A model generated the notes under the pieces. It ran no database searches. It worked only from the letters and a program-made list of their open reading frames with translations, and was not told the DNA's origin. A program made the translations under genes and the position numbers. A stretch of 63,787 bases of DNA, the filler included, from Corallochytrium limacisporum Hawaii (taxonomy: Eukaryota; Protista; Pluriformea), in NCBI GenBank assembly GCA_002811645.1. It is 4 parts of 4 records of this genome, joined end to end, with 100 filler letters (N's around TTAATTAATTAA, not from the genome) between each part and the next. Parts side by side here need not be neighbours in the genome. Positions count along the whole stretch, not along the records: positions 45,600 to 62,577 come from PDIP01000182.1; 3 more parts are not named here. One strand, written 5' to 3'. This document shows, one piece after another, positions 53,240 to 62,677 of the stretch (position 1 is its first letter; each line of letters starts with the position of its first letter).

Positions 53240-53857
53240 ATGTCCTTCAAGCAAGTCATGCTCACCGTTCTTGCGGCTGGTGCGGCTGCCAACCCGCTGC
53301 CTTTCGCTACTGATATTGCACAGCACTTGTTGGATCAGCGTATGGGGGCTATTACTGGCATGGCGGGGGTTCCCTCCGCCTTGTCTGGATTTGGCCCTGA
53401 TACCGGTTTCTACGTTGGGCCTCAGCCAGATTTCGACTGCGGCGACACGATGACTCAAGCTTTGCTGCAGGGCGTAGCATGCATGCTCTACTACCTTGAT
53501 ACCACCGACAACAATCGACTGATGTATGTCCGCGGTAACCCCAAACAACTGGAAGGTAAGATCACGAGTGAGGGTGAGTGGAAGTTTGAGGCGGATAAAC
53601 ACCAGCGTGATCTGCAGTGGTATACCAATGAACCTATGAAAGTAAACGATGCAAACACTTTCCACTTCAGGTTTGGATCCGATGTTAGCTTTTCCGCTAA
53701 GCCTGCTATTGATTACAAGAAAGTCAAGTTCCTTGACAGCATTGGTGCTGAGGATACAGCCCAGGGTCGGATACCCGCCTACTTTTTCGGCCCTGTTCAA
53801 TATGACGAGACGTACGACCTCATGTGCGTCTACGTCGTTGCGCCTGGTTGTGACTAG
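53240..53857 (+). CDS. Secreted 4-Cys orphan-family protein, subgroup B (B3)
   Basis: Signal peptide MSFKQVMLTVLAAGAAANP; FYVGPQP..C...QGVACMLYYLD; FFGP...YDLMCVY..P.CD. Confidence 0.85.
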   Translation: MSFKQVMLTVLAAGAAANPLPFATDIAQHLLDQRMGAITGMAGVPSALSGFGPDTGFYVGPQPDFDCGDTMTQALLQGVACMLYYLDTTDNNRLMYVRGNPKQLEGKITSEGEWKFEADKHQRDLQWYTNEPMKVNDANTFHFRFGSDVSFSAKPAIDYKKVKFLDSIGAEDTAQGRIPAYFFGPVQYDETYDLMCVYVVAPGCD

Positions 53858-54997
53858 TCATTTTACCCGACGTCCGCCAATTGCGAAGTAAGCCTTAAAG
53901 CGTTATTCAAAACAGAAATTAATAGACATCCATTTCTTTCCTGCGAGCAGCATCCTGTGGTTAACTTTTAGATTTGTTTCCTCTGCCACAACATGAAGAG
54001 AGGGCGCGGCGACGGACGCCATGAAGATATCCTAAAAACAGTTTGTCGTGTAGTTTTCGATGGTTGGGTATCTAGCTGGCCGAACGGTAAGTCATACTAA
54101 GTCACGTACGCCTTGTTGTCACGGGAGTGTGATGCCCGATATCACCACTTGCAGTATTCAACGTTGCCGACAAACCAGGCAATTTGAACGTACTCATTTC
54201 CGAGAAAACACCGACCCACAAGATAGCTTAATCGCACTCCATTCGTTGGGGTGGTAGCAACATCCAAAAAATCACTAAGACCAGTTCAACATCAAGAACT
54301 AAGCACAGGCTTACGAGTGGACCAGCACGCCAGGAATCAAACCGTCCGAAAGCACACCCTTTGAATTGCGTCTGCCTTCGGCCGCATTCACAATAGAGGA
54401 CTCGCAAGAGACATCATGTATTAACGAAATGGTACCATTTTTGGGTCAAGTACCTTTACTGCACTTCTTCTGTAGCAAGGAGAACTAAGTCCATTAACGC
54501 AAGTGGTTTTGGCACCCACGAAAGCAACTGCTAAGGTATGGCGCACGCTGGCGACCCACAACCGTGCCCTCCTTTGCCCGCCCCATTCTTTGAGCAGGGC
54601 TGGCAACACGCCACATAAATCCCGGCCCGAAACCCCCCACTTCCCCGACCCCTCCCGGGGGGGGGCCTACGCCGGCCGCCCCGGTCCAAACATGCACTAT
54701 GGAAACGACCCCAATGATGAAAGATATGCCCTGGGGATCTACCTGCAATGGGCACCACACCCTCCCAAGCCGGAGCAGGGACCGTGGCGAGTGGATTGTC
54801 CCGTCGGCTGAATGTTATAAAGGGTTCCAATCAATATTGTAAACACATAATCCACAAAATAGTTTATTAGCACTTCCTCCAATGCATATGCAGTTGGCAT
54901 GAAAGGTTCTCAGCATTCGCACCTCCAGATGGCTGTGGGCTCTAGCTCATGGTCAGGCGAACCAAGGCGATCGTCTCTAACCGTGTAGTCTGCCGAC

Positions 54998-55774
54998 TTA
55001 GAGGTCCCACTTGGTTGGGTCGGTGGGGTGCAGGCGACGGTCGTTGCACTTGGCATGGCCCTCCTCGGTACCATCACACCAGCCTCCAGCGCAGTCCATG
55101 TCGAGCATGCAGTTTTCACCGTCAGCTTTTCCACTAGAGTTAGGGGCGCAGTAGCTGTTTTGGCAGTTTTGGGACCAGCACATGCTGTCATCGTCGCACG
55201 GGGCGTTAATACGACGGAAACCAAGACCAGTTCCTTCGCACTGGCGACTATCCATGTTGCACCCATGGAAATCACAGCATTCAGCTCCAGTGTTGCATGT
55301 TTCTCCGAGTGCCTGGCAAGTATCGTCATTTACAATAACGGGAGTGGCGCTGGCTATGCCGGCCGGGGTACCGATAGCATACCAGTTGGGCTTGTCGGTT
55401 GGGTGCAGGCGACGGTCGTTGCACTTGGCATGGCCCCCCTCGGTACCATCACACCAGCCTCCAGCGCAGTCCATATCGTACATGCAGTTTTCACCGTCAG
55501 GTTTAGCAGACTCAGGAGGGGCGCAGTAGCTGTTTTGGCAGTTTTGGGACCAGCACATGCTGTCATCGTCGCACGGGGCGTTAATACGACGGAAACCAAG
55601 ACCAGTTCCTTCGCACTGGCGACTATCCATGTTGCACCCATGGAAATCACAGCATTCAGCTCCAGTGCTGCATGTTTGTCCAATTTCCTGGCAAGTTTCG
55701 TCATTTACATTGACGGGGGAGGCACTGGCCATGCCGACGAGGGCGCCTAGAGCAATAGCACTGAAAGTCTTCAT
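54998..55774 (-). CDS. Secreted cysteine-rich precursor with two 125-aa repeats, each a knottin-like module plus two 4-Cys modules (K1; start MKTFSAIA)
   Basis: Signal peptide; 375-bp internal DNA repeat; C-x6-C-x5-CC-x4-C-x6-C followed by RR. Confidence 0.88.
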   Translation of the reverse strand: MKTFSAIALGALVGMASASPVNVNDETCQEIGQTCSTGAECCDFHGCNMDSRQCEGTGLGFRRINAPCDDDSMCWSQNCQNSYCAPPESAKPDGENCMYDMDCAGGWCDGTEGGHAKCNDRRLHPTDKPNWYAIGTPAGIASATPVIVNDDTCQALGETCNTGAECCDFHGCNMDSRQCEGTGLGFRRINAPCDDDSMCWSQNCQNSYCAPNSSGKADGENCMLDMDCAGGWCDGTEEGHAKCNDRRLHPTDPTKWDL

Positions 55775-57486
55775 GTTGAGTACGGATCGGGTTGTTAGAT
55801 CTTTGGAACTTCTTTTCAGAATTGAAAGCAAGATGCTTTGGATATGTGAGGATGGTTGAAAAGGGTCAAACAGTCTGTCATCGGTACGCGCCCTTATTCT
55901 TAAATACCTTTGTTCCAGAGAACCTGACGCTCATCATGTGGTGTCTGTTGCGTGTAGAAACCCCAACTTCTTAAACCCAACATGATCCAGGTTCTCACCT
56001 TCACCGTGTGATTCTTTTTCTCCTGTCCTTTACGATTCCCGTCTCCACGTTCCTCGCCGTGCCTACCCTTTGCATCTTCTAGACTTCCAACCTGAGGCTG
56101 CTTAGGCGTGGGCCAATTGAGATAATGAAAGCACATAGAGGCCCAGGCTGCGTATGGAATATCCGGTCTCGGTTTCAAAGTTGAAGGCAGTGCGGACGAC
56201 TGAAAAGTTGCAAAGGTGACACCAACATGCGCGGGTTAGCAGTCTTACGCATGACATGGAAGGTTGAGGGGGAGAAAGCGCAAGCAGCCTGAAGCTTCAA
56301 CCCAGTCTTCATAATATCACACCAACTCATATGGGCCCAACACGCTGGGTTCAATCTATCCAGAAGTCTCAGACCTGGTAGTATCAGCAATCGATTGATT
56401 ATACATTGGCACTATAGATGGGTGTGTCCGTTTCTTAAGCGATCCGTCCTGGTTCCCACTACCTGGTGACACAACAACCGCTGATGTGGTAGTGGTACGT
56501 CCAAGTTTGGATCAGAGCCTTTGATTCCATGGCTTTGACGTATAGAGGATGAATTGAATGGGGAATTTCCAACTGCCCAAGATGGTATGCTCCAGCCTGT
56601 CGATGCGTATTACTAACTGATGGACCACTGTCCCATTTAATCTCTGCTCGAGACTTGGGTTTGGTAAGGCAAACCAGATTATTTCATGACGTGACATTGC
56701 ACATAGCATTTTCGGCCCTGTTCAATCGACTCCGAGTTCTCTATACAAAATGAAAGGGCATAAAGTTTGGTGGACAGTAAAGGTTCTCCGTCGCATATGG
56801 TGCGGTGATCCCACTCACAAAAACACTGAGAGCCAATCTCTTGGCTACATCAACTTGTGGGACTGTGTTACCGTCATCGATGTGGGCCCACGGGTGTCGC
56901 TTCTTACATGATCAACAGGCACTAGATTTGGCTACAGTCAGAAGCACGAGCAATCACCAAACTGACACTCCTTCCTTTTAACAACTACCACTAGGCCGCC
57001 AATACGTACCAACAGACCAGAAAGGAGTTGACACTGTATTGCTGGGGGTTCCACTGGTTGTGGCACTGGTTGTGGATGGAGAAAGTCTGTTGTCTCTCCT
57101 ACACAACATGTAGAAAGTCAGCCAGCTGATGAATCTCCCCAGCAGTGCTGGACACGGCAAAGGAGTGAGTTGTTACGGATTTCGATGGCTGCGGGTGTCG
57201 CCAGAAACCCCCCTACCCCTCACCCCCCCACCAAATTTAGAGTGGTCAGTCGGCACAACTTGGCGGCTGGGGTACATCGTCCCCCCTTCACGCACATTAA
57301 TATTGGAAATACCGAAGTCCCGTTGGTAAGAGGGCCACCCAACTTTTTCATCGCCCGGACGGGACACACACCACCACCACGTAGGACAGGGGGCATTTTG
57401 CCCAGCAGCAGTCGACCACTGAGAAAAAAATATACGGTACATACCAAGGGTAAAATTCATTTCAGAAGCCGGGGTGTTGCGCGCTT

Positions 57487-57613
57487 TAAAGGGAGTCTAT
57501 TTTATTACCATCTTAGGGGATCACCAGGGGGGGGGTAACGGTTGGGAAAAGTTGAGAAGCGAACCATAAAAGGGAGTCTATTTTAGTACAATATTATGGA
57601 TCACACAGGTGGG
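57487..57613. repeat. Imperfect direct repeat of about 47 bp (2 copies, about 80 bp apart) just 3' of K2
   Basis: taaagggagtctattttattaccatcttaggggatcaccagg vs taaaagggagtctattttagtacaatattatggatcacacagg. Confidence 0.75.
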
Positions 57614-57654
57614 ATGGGGGAAAAATGGGTCGCGGTGTTCGCTCACTTGGGCAT

Positions 57655-58428
57655 CTACCAGTTGGGCTTGTCGGTGGGGTGCAGGCGACGGTCGTTGCAC
57701 TTGGCATGGCCCTCCTCGGTACCATCACACCAGCCTCCAGCACAGTCCATATCGTACGTGCAGTTTTCACCGTCAGCTTTTCCACTAGAGTTAGGGGCGC
57801 AGTAGCTGTTTTGGCAGTTTTGGGACCAGCACATGCTGTCATCGTCGCACGGGGCGTTAATACGACGGAAACCAAGACCAGTTCCTTCGCACTGGCGACT
57901 ATCCATGTTGCACCCATGGAAATCACAGCATTCAGCTCCAGTGCTGCATGTTTGTCCAATTTCCTGGCAAGTTTCGTCATTTACAACAACAGGGGTGGCG
58001 CTGGCCATGCCGACGGGAGTACCAACAGCGATCCACTTAGGGGGGTCGGTGGGGTGCAGGCGACGGTCGTTGCACTTGGCAGGGCCCTCCTCGCTAGCGT
58101 CACACCAGCCTCCAATGCACTCCAAATCGTAAATGCAGGTTTCACCGTCAGGTTTAGCGGAGTCAGGAGGGGCACAGTAGTTGTTTTGGCAATTTGAAGA
58201 GTGGCAATTGTCATCTCCGTCGCACGGAGCGTTAATACGCCTGAGATCAACATCAGTTGATCCAAAGCAGATGCGCAATACCGTGTTGCATCCTTGGAAG
58301 TCACAGCATTCAGATCCAGTGGTGCATGTTTCTCCGAGTTCCTGGCAAGTGTCGTCATTTACATTGACGGGGGAGGCGCTGGCCATGCCGACGAGGGCGC
58401 CAAGAGCAATAGTAAAGAAAGTCTTCAT
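57655..58428 (-). CDS. Secreted cysteine-rich two-repeat precursor (K2; start MKTFFTIA), paralogue of K1
   Basis: Same signal peptide and repeat architecture; second unit nearly identical in DNA to K1 units, first unit diverged. Confidence 0.88.
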   Translation of the reverse strand: MKTFFTIALGALVGMASASPVNVNDDTCQELGETCTTGSECCDFQGCNTVLRICFGSTDVDLRRINAPCDGDDNCHSSNCQNNYCAPPDSAKPDGETCIYDLECIGGWCDASEEGPAKCNDRRLHPTDPPKWIAVGTPVGMASATPVVVNDETCQEIGQTCSTGAECCDFHGCNMDSRQCEGTGLGFRRINAPCDDDSMCWSQNCQNSYCAPNSSGKADGENCTYDMDCAGGWCDGTEEGHAKCNDRRLHPTDKPNW

Positions 58429-60023
58429 GTTGAGCACGGATCGGTGTTTAAGATCTTTTGGAACTTGGTCAGTGTTCGAAAGCAAATTGCTTAAAAGTAG
58501 TTGAGGATAGTTGAGCAGGATCAAAGCTCAGGTCACCGGTCTGCACAGAAGCCTTAAATACCTTTACGTGAGGGAGCCTGACGGCTGGTGTGTGGTATCG
58601 GTTGTCTGCAGAATCGCATGGGAGAGGCCAACCCTTGACGCACCACTTGGTGTAGAAATCTAATCTCACCCTCCTGTCCATGAACAGATCCCAGCAGCCG
58701 TCCCAGTTCCGATCCCTAGGGAGTTCCTATACACTCACCCATTTGACTTTTAGACCACCAGTATCAAATCCTGGTGTTGCCAAGGGATGTAGCATACTCG
58801 TATCAGCACGGTCCACATTTGGACCGGCACATATTTGTGGTAAAGGTTGAGCGATGAATGACAGGTTTGGAGTAGGAGGTGGCGGTACTTATACACACAA
58901 ATGAATGACACACCATCCAGCGCAAAGCGGCGTGAATCCTACCTGTTATCAGAAATTTCTTTATCCTATACTACCAAAGCGCTTCACATGACCCGGCGTA
59001 GGTTGTTAAGTCTTATCTTTTTGACAGCGACATCGAATAACATTCGATCACTCTATCGCCGAATTTTTCATATTCCCGCGTTGGTTGTGCTCACCAGCAT
59101 GCGACCCAACAACAGTGTACGCAAAAGTGCAACATATATCAGAACATTAATACCGTGGAGTTGAAAGAATGCAAGATGGTTCGGGCAGAAGATGTTTAAA
59201 CTGCCCAAATTAGTCCACCTGTGTGTAGGTCCTTGATGCCTCCCGGTGGCACGGTCACCATGCTCACGGCGTCACTACCTCTCCTTGAGTTGGGTTGATA
59301 AGGCACCTCACAACCTCTTATCCGGTGGCGACGATGTACTCACCAGTGATAGCACTGCCAATATCTGCTCTTCTGTAGAGAGTCCGCATCTGTAACACGC
59401 TCGCTCAATAGCGATAATCTTGTTCGCAGCCGAGCGCGCCACATTTTCAAGTGTCCCTCCCTGGCACGCAGGTGTCCGATCCGCATTGATACCCGAGAGT
59501 CCTCGGTTCCTCCTTCTGACCCCCTACAGTGGCGAAGCGAAATGGACTAAACTCACTTGGACCCGAATTGCCTACAGAGCGATGAATATAGTGTATGAGA
59601 TGTGGTAATTAATAATCGGGCTTGACTACGATTTCCCAGATCAGGTATACGAGGCCAAGCCTCATCACTGTGGGTTTTTCAAACCGCTAGGTGGTGAAGG
59701 TACTAGAGCCACCGCACATCTGAGAGTTCAGGGTGTGGGCTCAGGTTGAGACCCCTTGAATGGCAGGGAAACTGCAGAGTGGATGCCAGTGGATGACAGC
59801 TCGAGTCACTCGCTTGAGTCTCCTCACAAGGCAAGGCTACGCACACGCGACTTCTGCGGAATTGGTAACGGTTATTGCTTGCAACAGTCTTAGTTGTGGG
59901 CTAGGCGACGACATCCCCATACATTTTGTTCCCAGTCCCCACTCCCTACCCCGAGCATATTAATTTCATATGGCTTTTCAGTTCCGCGGAGCCACTCACT
60001 GTTGCGAACGGGCAGGCCTGGGG

Positions 60024-60470
60024 NNNNNNNNNNNNNNNNNNNNNNNNNNNNNNNNNNNNNNNNNNNNNNNNNNNNNNNNNNNNNNNNNNNNNNNNNNNNN
60101 NNNNNNNNNNNNNNNNNNNNNNNNNNNNNNNNNNNNNNNNNNNNNNNNNNNNNNNNNNNNNNNNNNNNNNNNNNNNNNNNNNNNNNNNNNNNNNNNNNNN
60201 NNNNNNNNNNNNNNNNNNNNNNNNNNNNNNNNNNNNNNNNNNNNNNNNNNNNNNNNNNNNNNNNNNNNNNNNNNNNNNNNNNNNNNNNNNNNNNNNNNNN
60301 NNNNNNNNNNNNNNNNNNNNNNNNNNNNNNNNNNNNNNNNNNNNNNNNNNNNNNNNNNNNNNNNNNNNNNNNNNNNNNNNNNNNNNNNNNNNNNNNNNNN
60401 NNNNNNNNNNNNNNNNNNNNNNNNNNNNNNNNNNNNNNNNNNNNNNNNNNNNNNNNNNNNNNNNNNNNNN
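60024..60470. other. Sized assembly gap
   Basis: Run of N without the TTAATTAATTAA linker. Confidence 0.95.
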
Positions 60471-60658
60471 GGGAGGGTGGGGCGGCATACAATTTGTTGC
60501 GGTATGGGAAACGCGGGGCTAGGTCGCTTTCCTCGGGACTCCCGCCGGGAAGAGGAAGATGTGCACACCATCGGTCCGGTGGACACCAATGGTCATGGTA
60601 CGAACCAAAGTCACTATGAATATTCCTGGTTGTAATCCCATATGCCGGGATTTATTGT

Positions 60659-61236
60659 TTAGAGTATGAGTGCTAAAACAGTTATGGATAGTGCAGCAAT
60701 AGTAGGCACCAAGAAATTCGTGCTGTTCTTGCCATCGCGACCTTTTCCGGAGTTTGGGTTGTACTGGTCATTGCGATCCAAAACAATTCTGGAATCCGCG
60801 CCACTAACCCTAAGCGTATCCGAATCCCATTACATGGTTATAGCGGGCGAAACAGGATCGGTTCCGACAACGTCAGTACCAGGTCCCACCTCATAGTCTG
60901 CCACCACTGTAAGTGCAGGTATTTCGTCGATGATTGTATATGCTGTGGTACCCTTGATCAATTGATCAAGGTGGTACCGTCCTGATCCGTGGAGAGAAGT
61001 GGAGTCTCCGTGATGCTGGTGATGGGTTCAAGAAATTGATCAGAACTTTTGAACAACAATACCGAACCAACTGACCTGCCAAATAGAGTTGCGCAAAGGA
61101 CAAATTGGGCCGAAGGGGCGAAGAGATTGGCCGTGGGGGATTTTTCCTTGGGGACACTACCGTTGGTTTGATCGCGGCAGAAGGCAACCGGGCGAACGAA
61201 CAACAGGGAAAACAGGTCACGTAAGCGCCCTATCAC
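60659..61236 (-). pseudogene. Probable pseudogene of a surface (GPI-/tail-anchored) protein; 5' end uncertain
   Basis: Removing the duplicated TTGATCAA (60954-60969) joins ...TDQDGTT to LIKGTTAYTIIDEIPALTVVADYEVG...; premature TAA at 60830-60832; the frame continues to a hydrophobic terminus FLVPTIAALSITVLALIL*. Confidence 0.55.
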
Positions 61237-61413
61237 TTAAGAATGCGTGCAGTGGATGAGAGACGTCATGAGGTAACAGTGGTGTCGGTATGGTTACTAC
61301 AGATACTGCAGACATTACCGCTCTGTATGTGCGAACTGGTGTACCCCCATTTTGAGGGTACTAAAATGTGTTTTATTACACTGGAGGTCGTGGACGAAAA
61401 ATGGAGGTTGGTT

Positions 61414-62058
61414 TTAGCACTTAGGTTCGGTAAACGCTCCCCACCACAGGTGCACGTCATCTTCCAGTGTACCAATGGTGGGACTGCGGTACCAGTAGAA
61501 GATGAGGTTATCAGCATAAAAGAGGCCATTCATACCAAACAGAGGCTCGGTCCAAGTGTTCGTCACCGCAATGGCTGGGTCAGCATCTTCCAGTCCAATT
61601 TCGTAAGAGAACGTTTCGGTTCCGTTGACCTCCAGCGTCCCGAGACCCCATTGCCACATGTTGGGCAAGTTGGCCTTCTTGTAATTTAGCGTTCTTGTTT
61701 GCTCTCCAAAGTTGAGGGTGCCACCGAGTGTAATGTCGTCGTGAACAATGACGACCTCCTTGTTCTCGCCCTCGAGTTTGAAGGGAACACAACTGAGTTT
61801 AATAGATTTAGCAACTCTTGGGGCGGTGCAATCTCCATTGTTAAAGTGATCTGGACGAATGTAAAAGCCGAGTTTTTTGTAATCATCGCCATCGCCTTCG
61901 ATGAACTCCTGGCGAGCAGCCTCACTGGGGAACATGGCAGGGTCGGAGGCAATAGCCTGGCGGATTACTTCCGGCAGGTTTGCAGGATTAGGAGCGGTGG
62001 AAGAACCAGCAGAGGCGACAGCCACGCCAGCAGCAAGAGCAACAACCTTGAAATTCAT
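61414..62058 (-). CDS. Secreted orphan-family protein, subgroup A (A3; third Cys replaced by Trp)
   Basis: Signal peptide MNFKVVALAAGVAVASAG, FPSEAARQEF, YWYR...LWWGAFTEPKC. Confidence 0.85.
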   Translation of the reverse strand: MNFKVVALAAGVAVASAGSSTAPNPANLPEVIRQAIASDPAMFPSEAARQEFIEGDGDDYKKLGFYIRPDHFNNGDCTAPRVAKSIKLSCVPFKLEGENKEVVIVHDDITLGGTLNFGEQTRTLNYKKANLPNMWQWGLGTLEVNGTETFSYEIGLEDADPAIAVTNTWTEPLFGMNGLFYADNLIFYWYRSPTIGTLEDDVHLWWGAFTEPKC

Positions 62059-62513
62059 TCTCGTAAACTAGCAATGATAAATTATTTCCAGACAATGATG
62101 TCCAGCGGTGCCGATCAAGGTTCACATCTTGGTGATCAGGCATATGTAGCCACTTAAATACGAGCACAGGCTCGTAAAGCAAACGGGCAGAGCACTCCTT
62201 TTCTTTTGATTTGTTTTGTCTTGCCGCGAAAGGGTGGTAAATCAGACAGCCATCAATCTTCCGATGACCATTAGACCTATCCCGCTTTTCCCATGGTGAG
62301 AATCAACACCATGAGGCCCATCTCTGGGTTGCCTTCTCAGCTGCCCTTCCCTTCCGCGACCACGGGACGGGCCACCCCCGCCCGCCAGCCAGTGGCTACT
62401 GACAAGAAAAAAAATAAACCACTGTCGCCGTGAAAAAGCCCCTTCTCCCTCCCCCCTTCCCCCGGGGGCGGCCTTCGATTTCACTCCTTACCACCCTGCC
62501 ACTCAACAAAGAG

Positions 62514-62530
62514 CACACACACACACACAT

Positions 62531-62577
<47 letters not shown>
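62514..62577. repeat. Compound (CA)n/(CT)n microsatellite at contig end
   Basis: Direct reading. Confidence 0.95.
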
Positions 62578-62677
62578 NNNNNNNNNNNNNNNNNNNNNNN
62601 NNNNNNNNNNNNNNNNNNNNNTTAATTAATTAANNNNNNNNNNNNNNNNNNNNNNNNNNNNNNNNNNNNNNNNNNNN
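62578..62677. other. Artificial contig linker
   Basis: 44 N + TTAATTAATTAA + 44 N. Confidence 0.95.

Larger units (their letters stand above)
46869..62161. promoter_or_regulatory. TATA-like GTATTTA(A/T) boxes upstream of all eight island genes (46869, 49222, 50934, 52653, 53143, 55900, 58554, 62154)
   Basis: Always on the coding strand, 90-133 nt before the ATG; spacing identical within A1/A2/A3, B2/B3 and K1/K2. Confidence 0.8.

Noticed and set aside
56709-56726. 18-nt match (ttttcggccctgttcaat) to the B3 coding sequence, suggesting a relic paralogue
   Set aside because: The flanks show no further similarity that I can see; may be chance.
55010-58400. Repeats as a CRISPR-like array or mobile element
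   Set aside because: They are in-frame coding repeats with no spacers, cas genes, terminal repeats or transposase.
59890-60635. ORFs spanning the N gap
   Set aside because: Artefacts of translating N runs.
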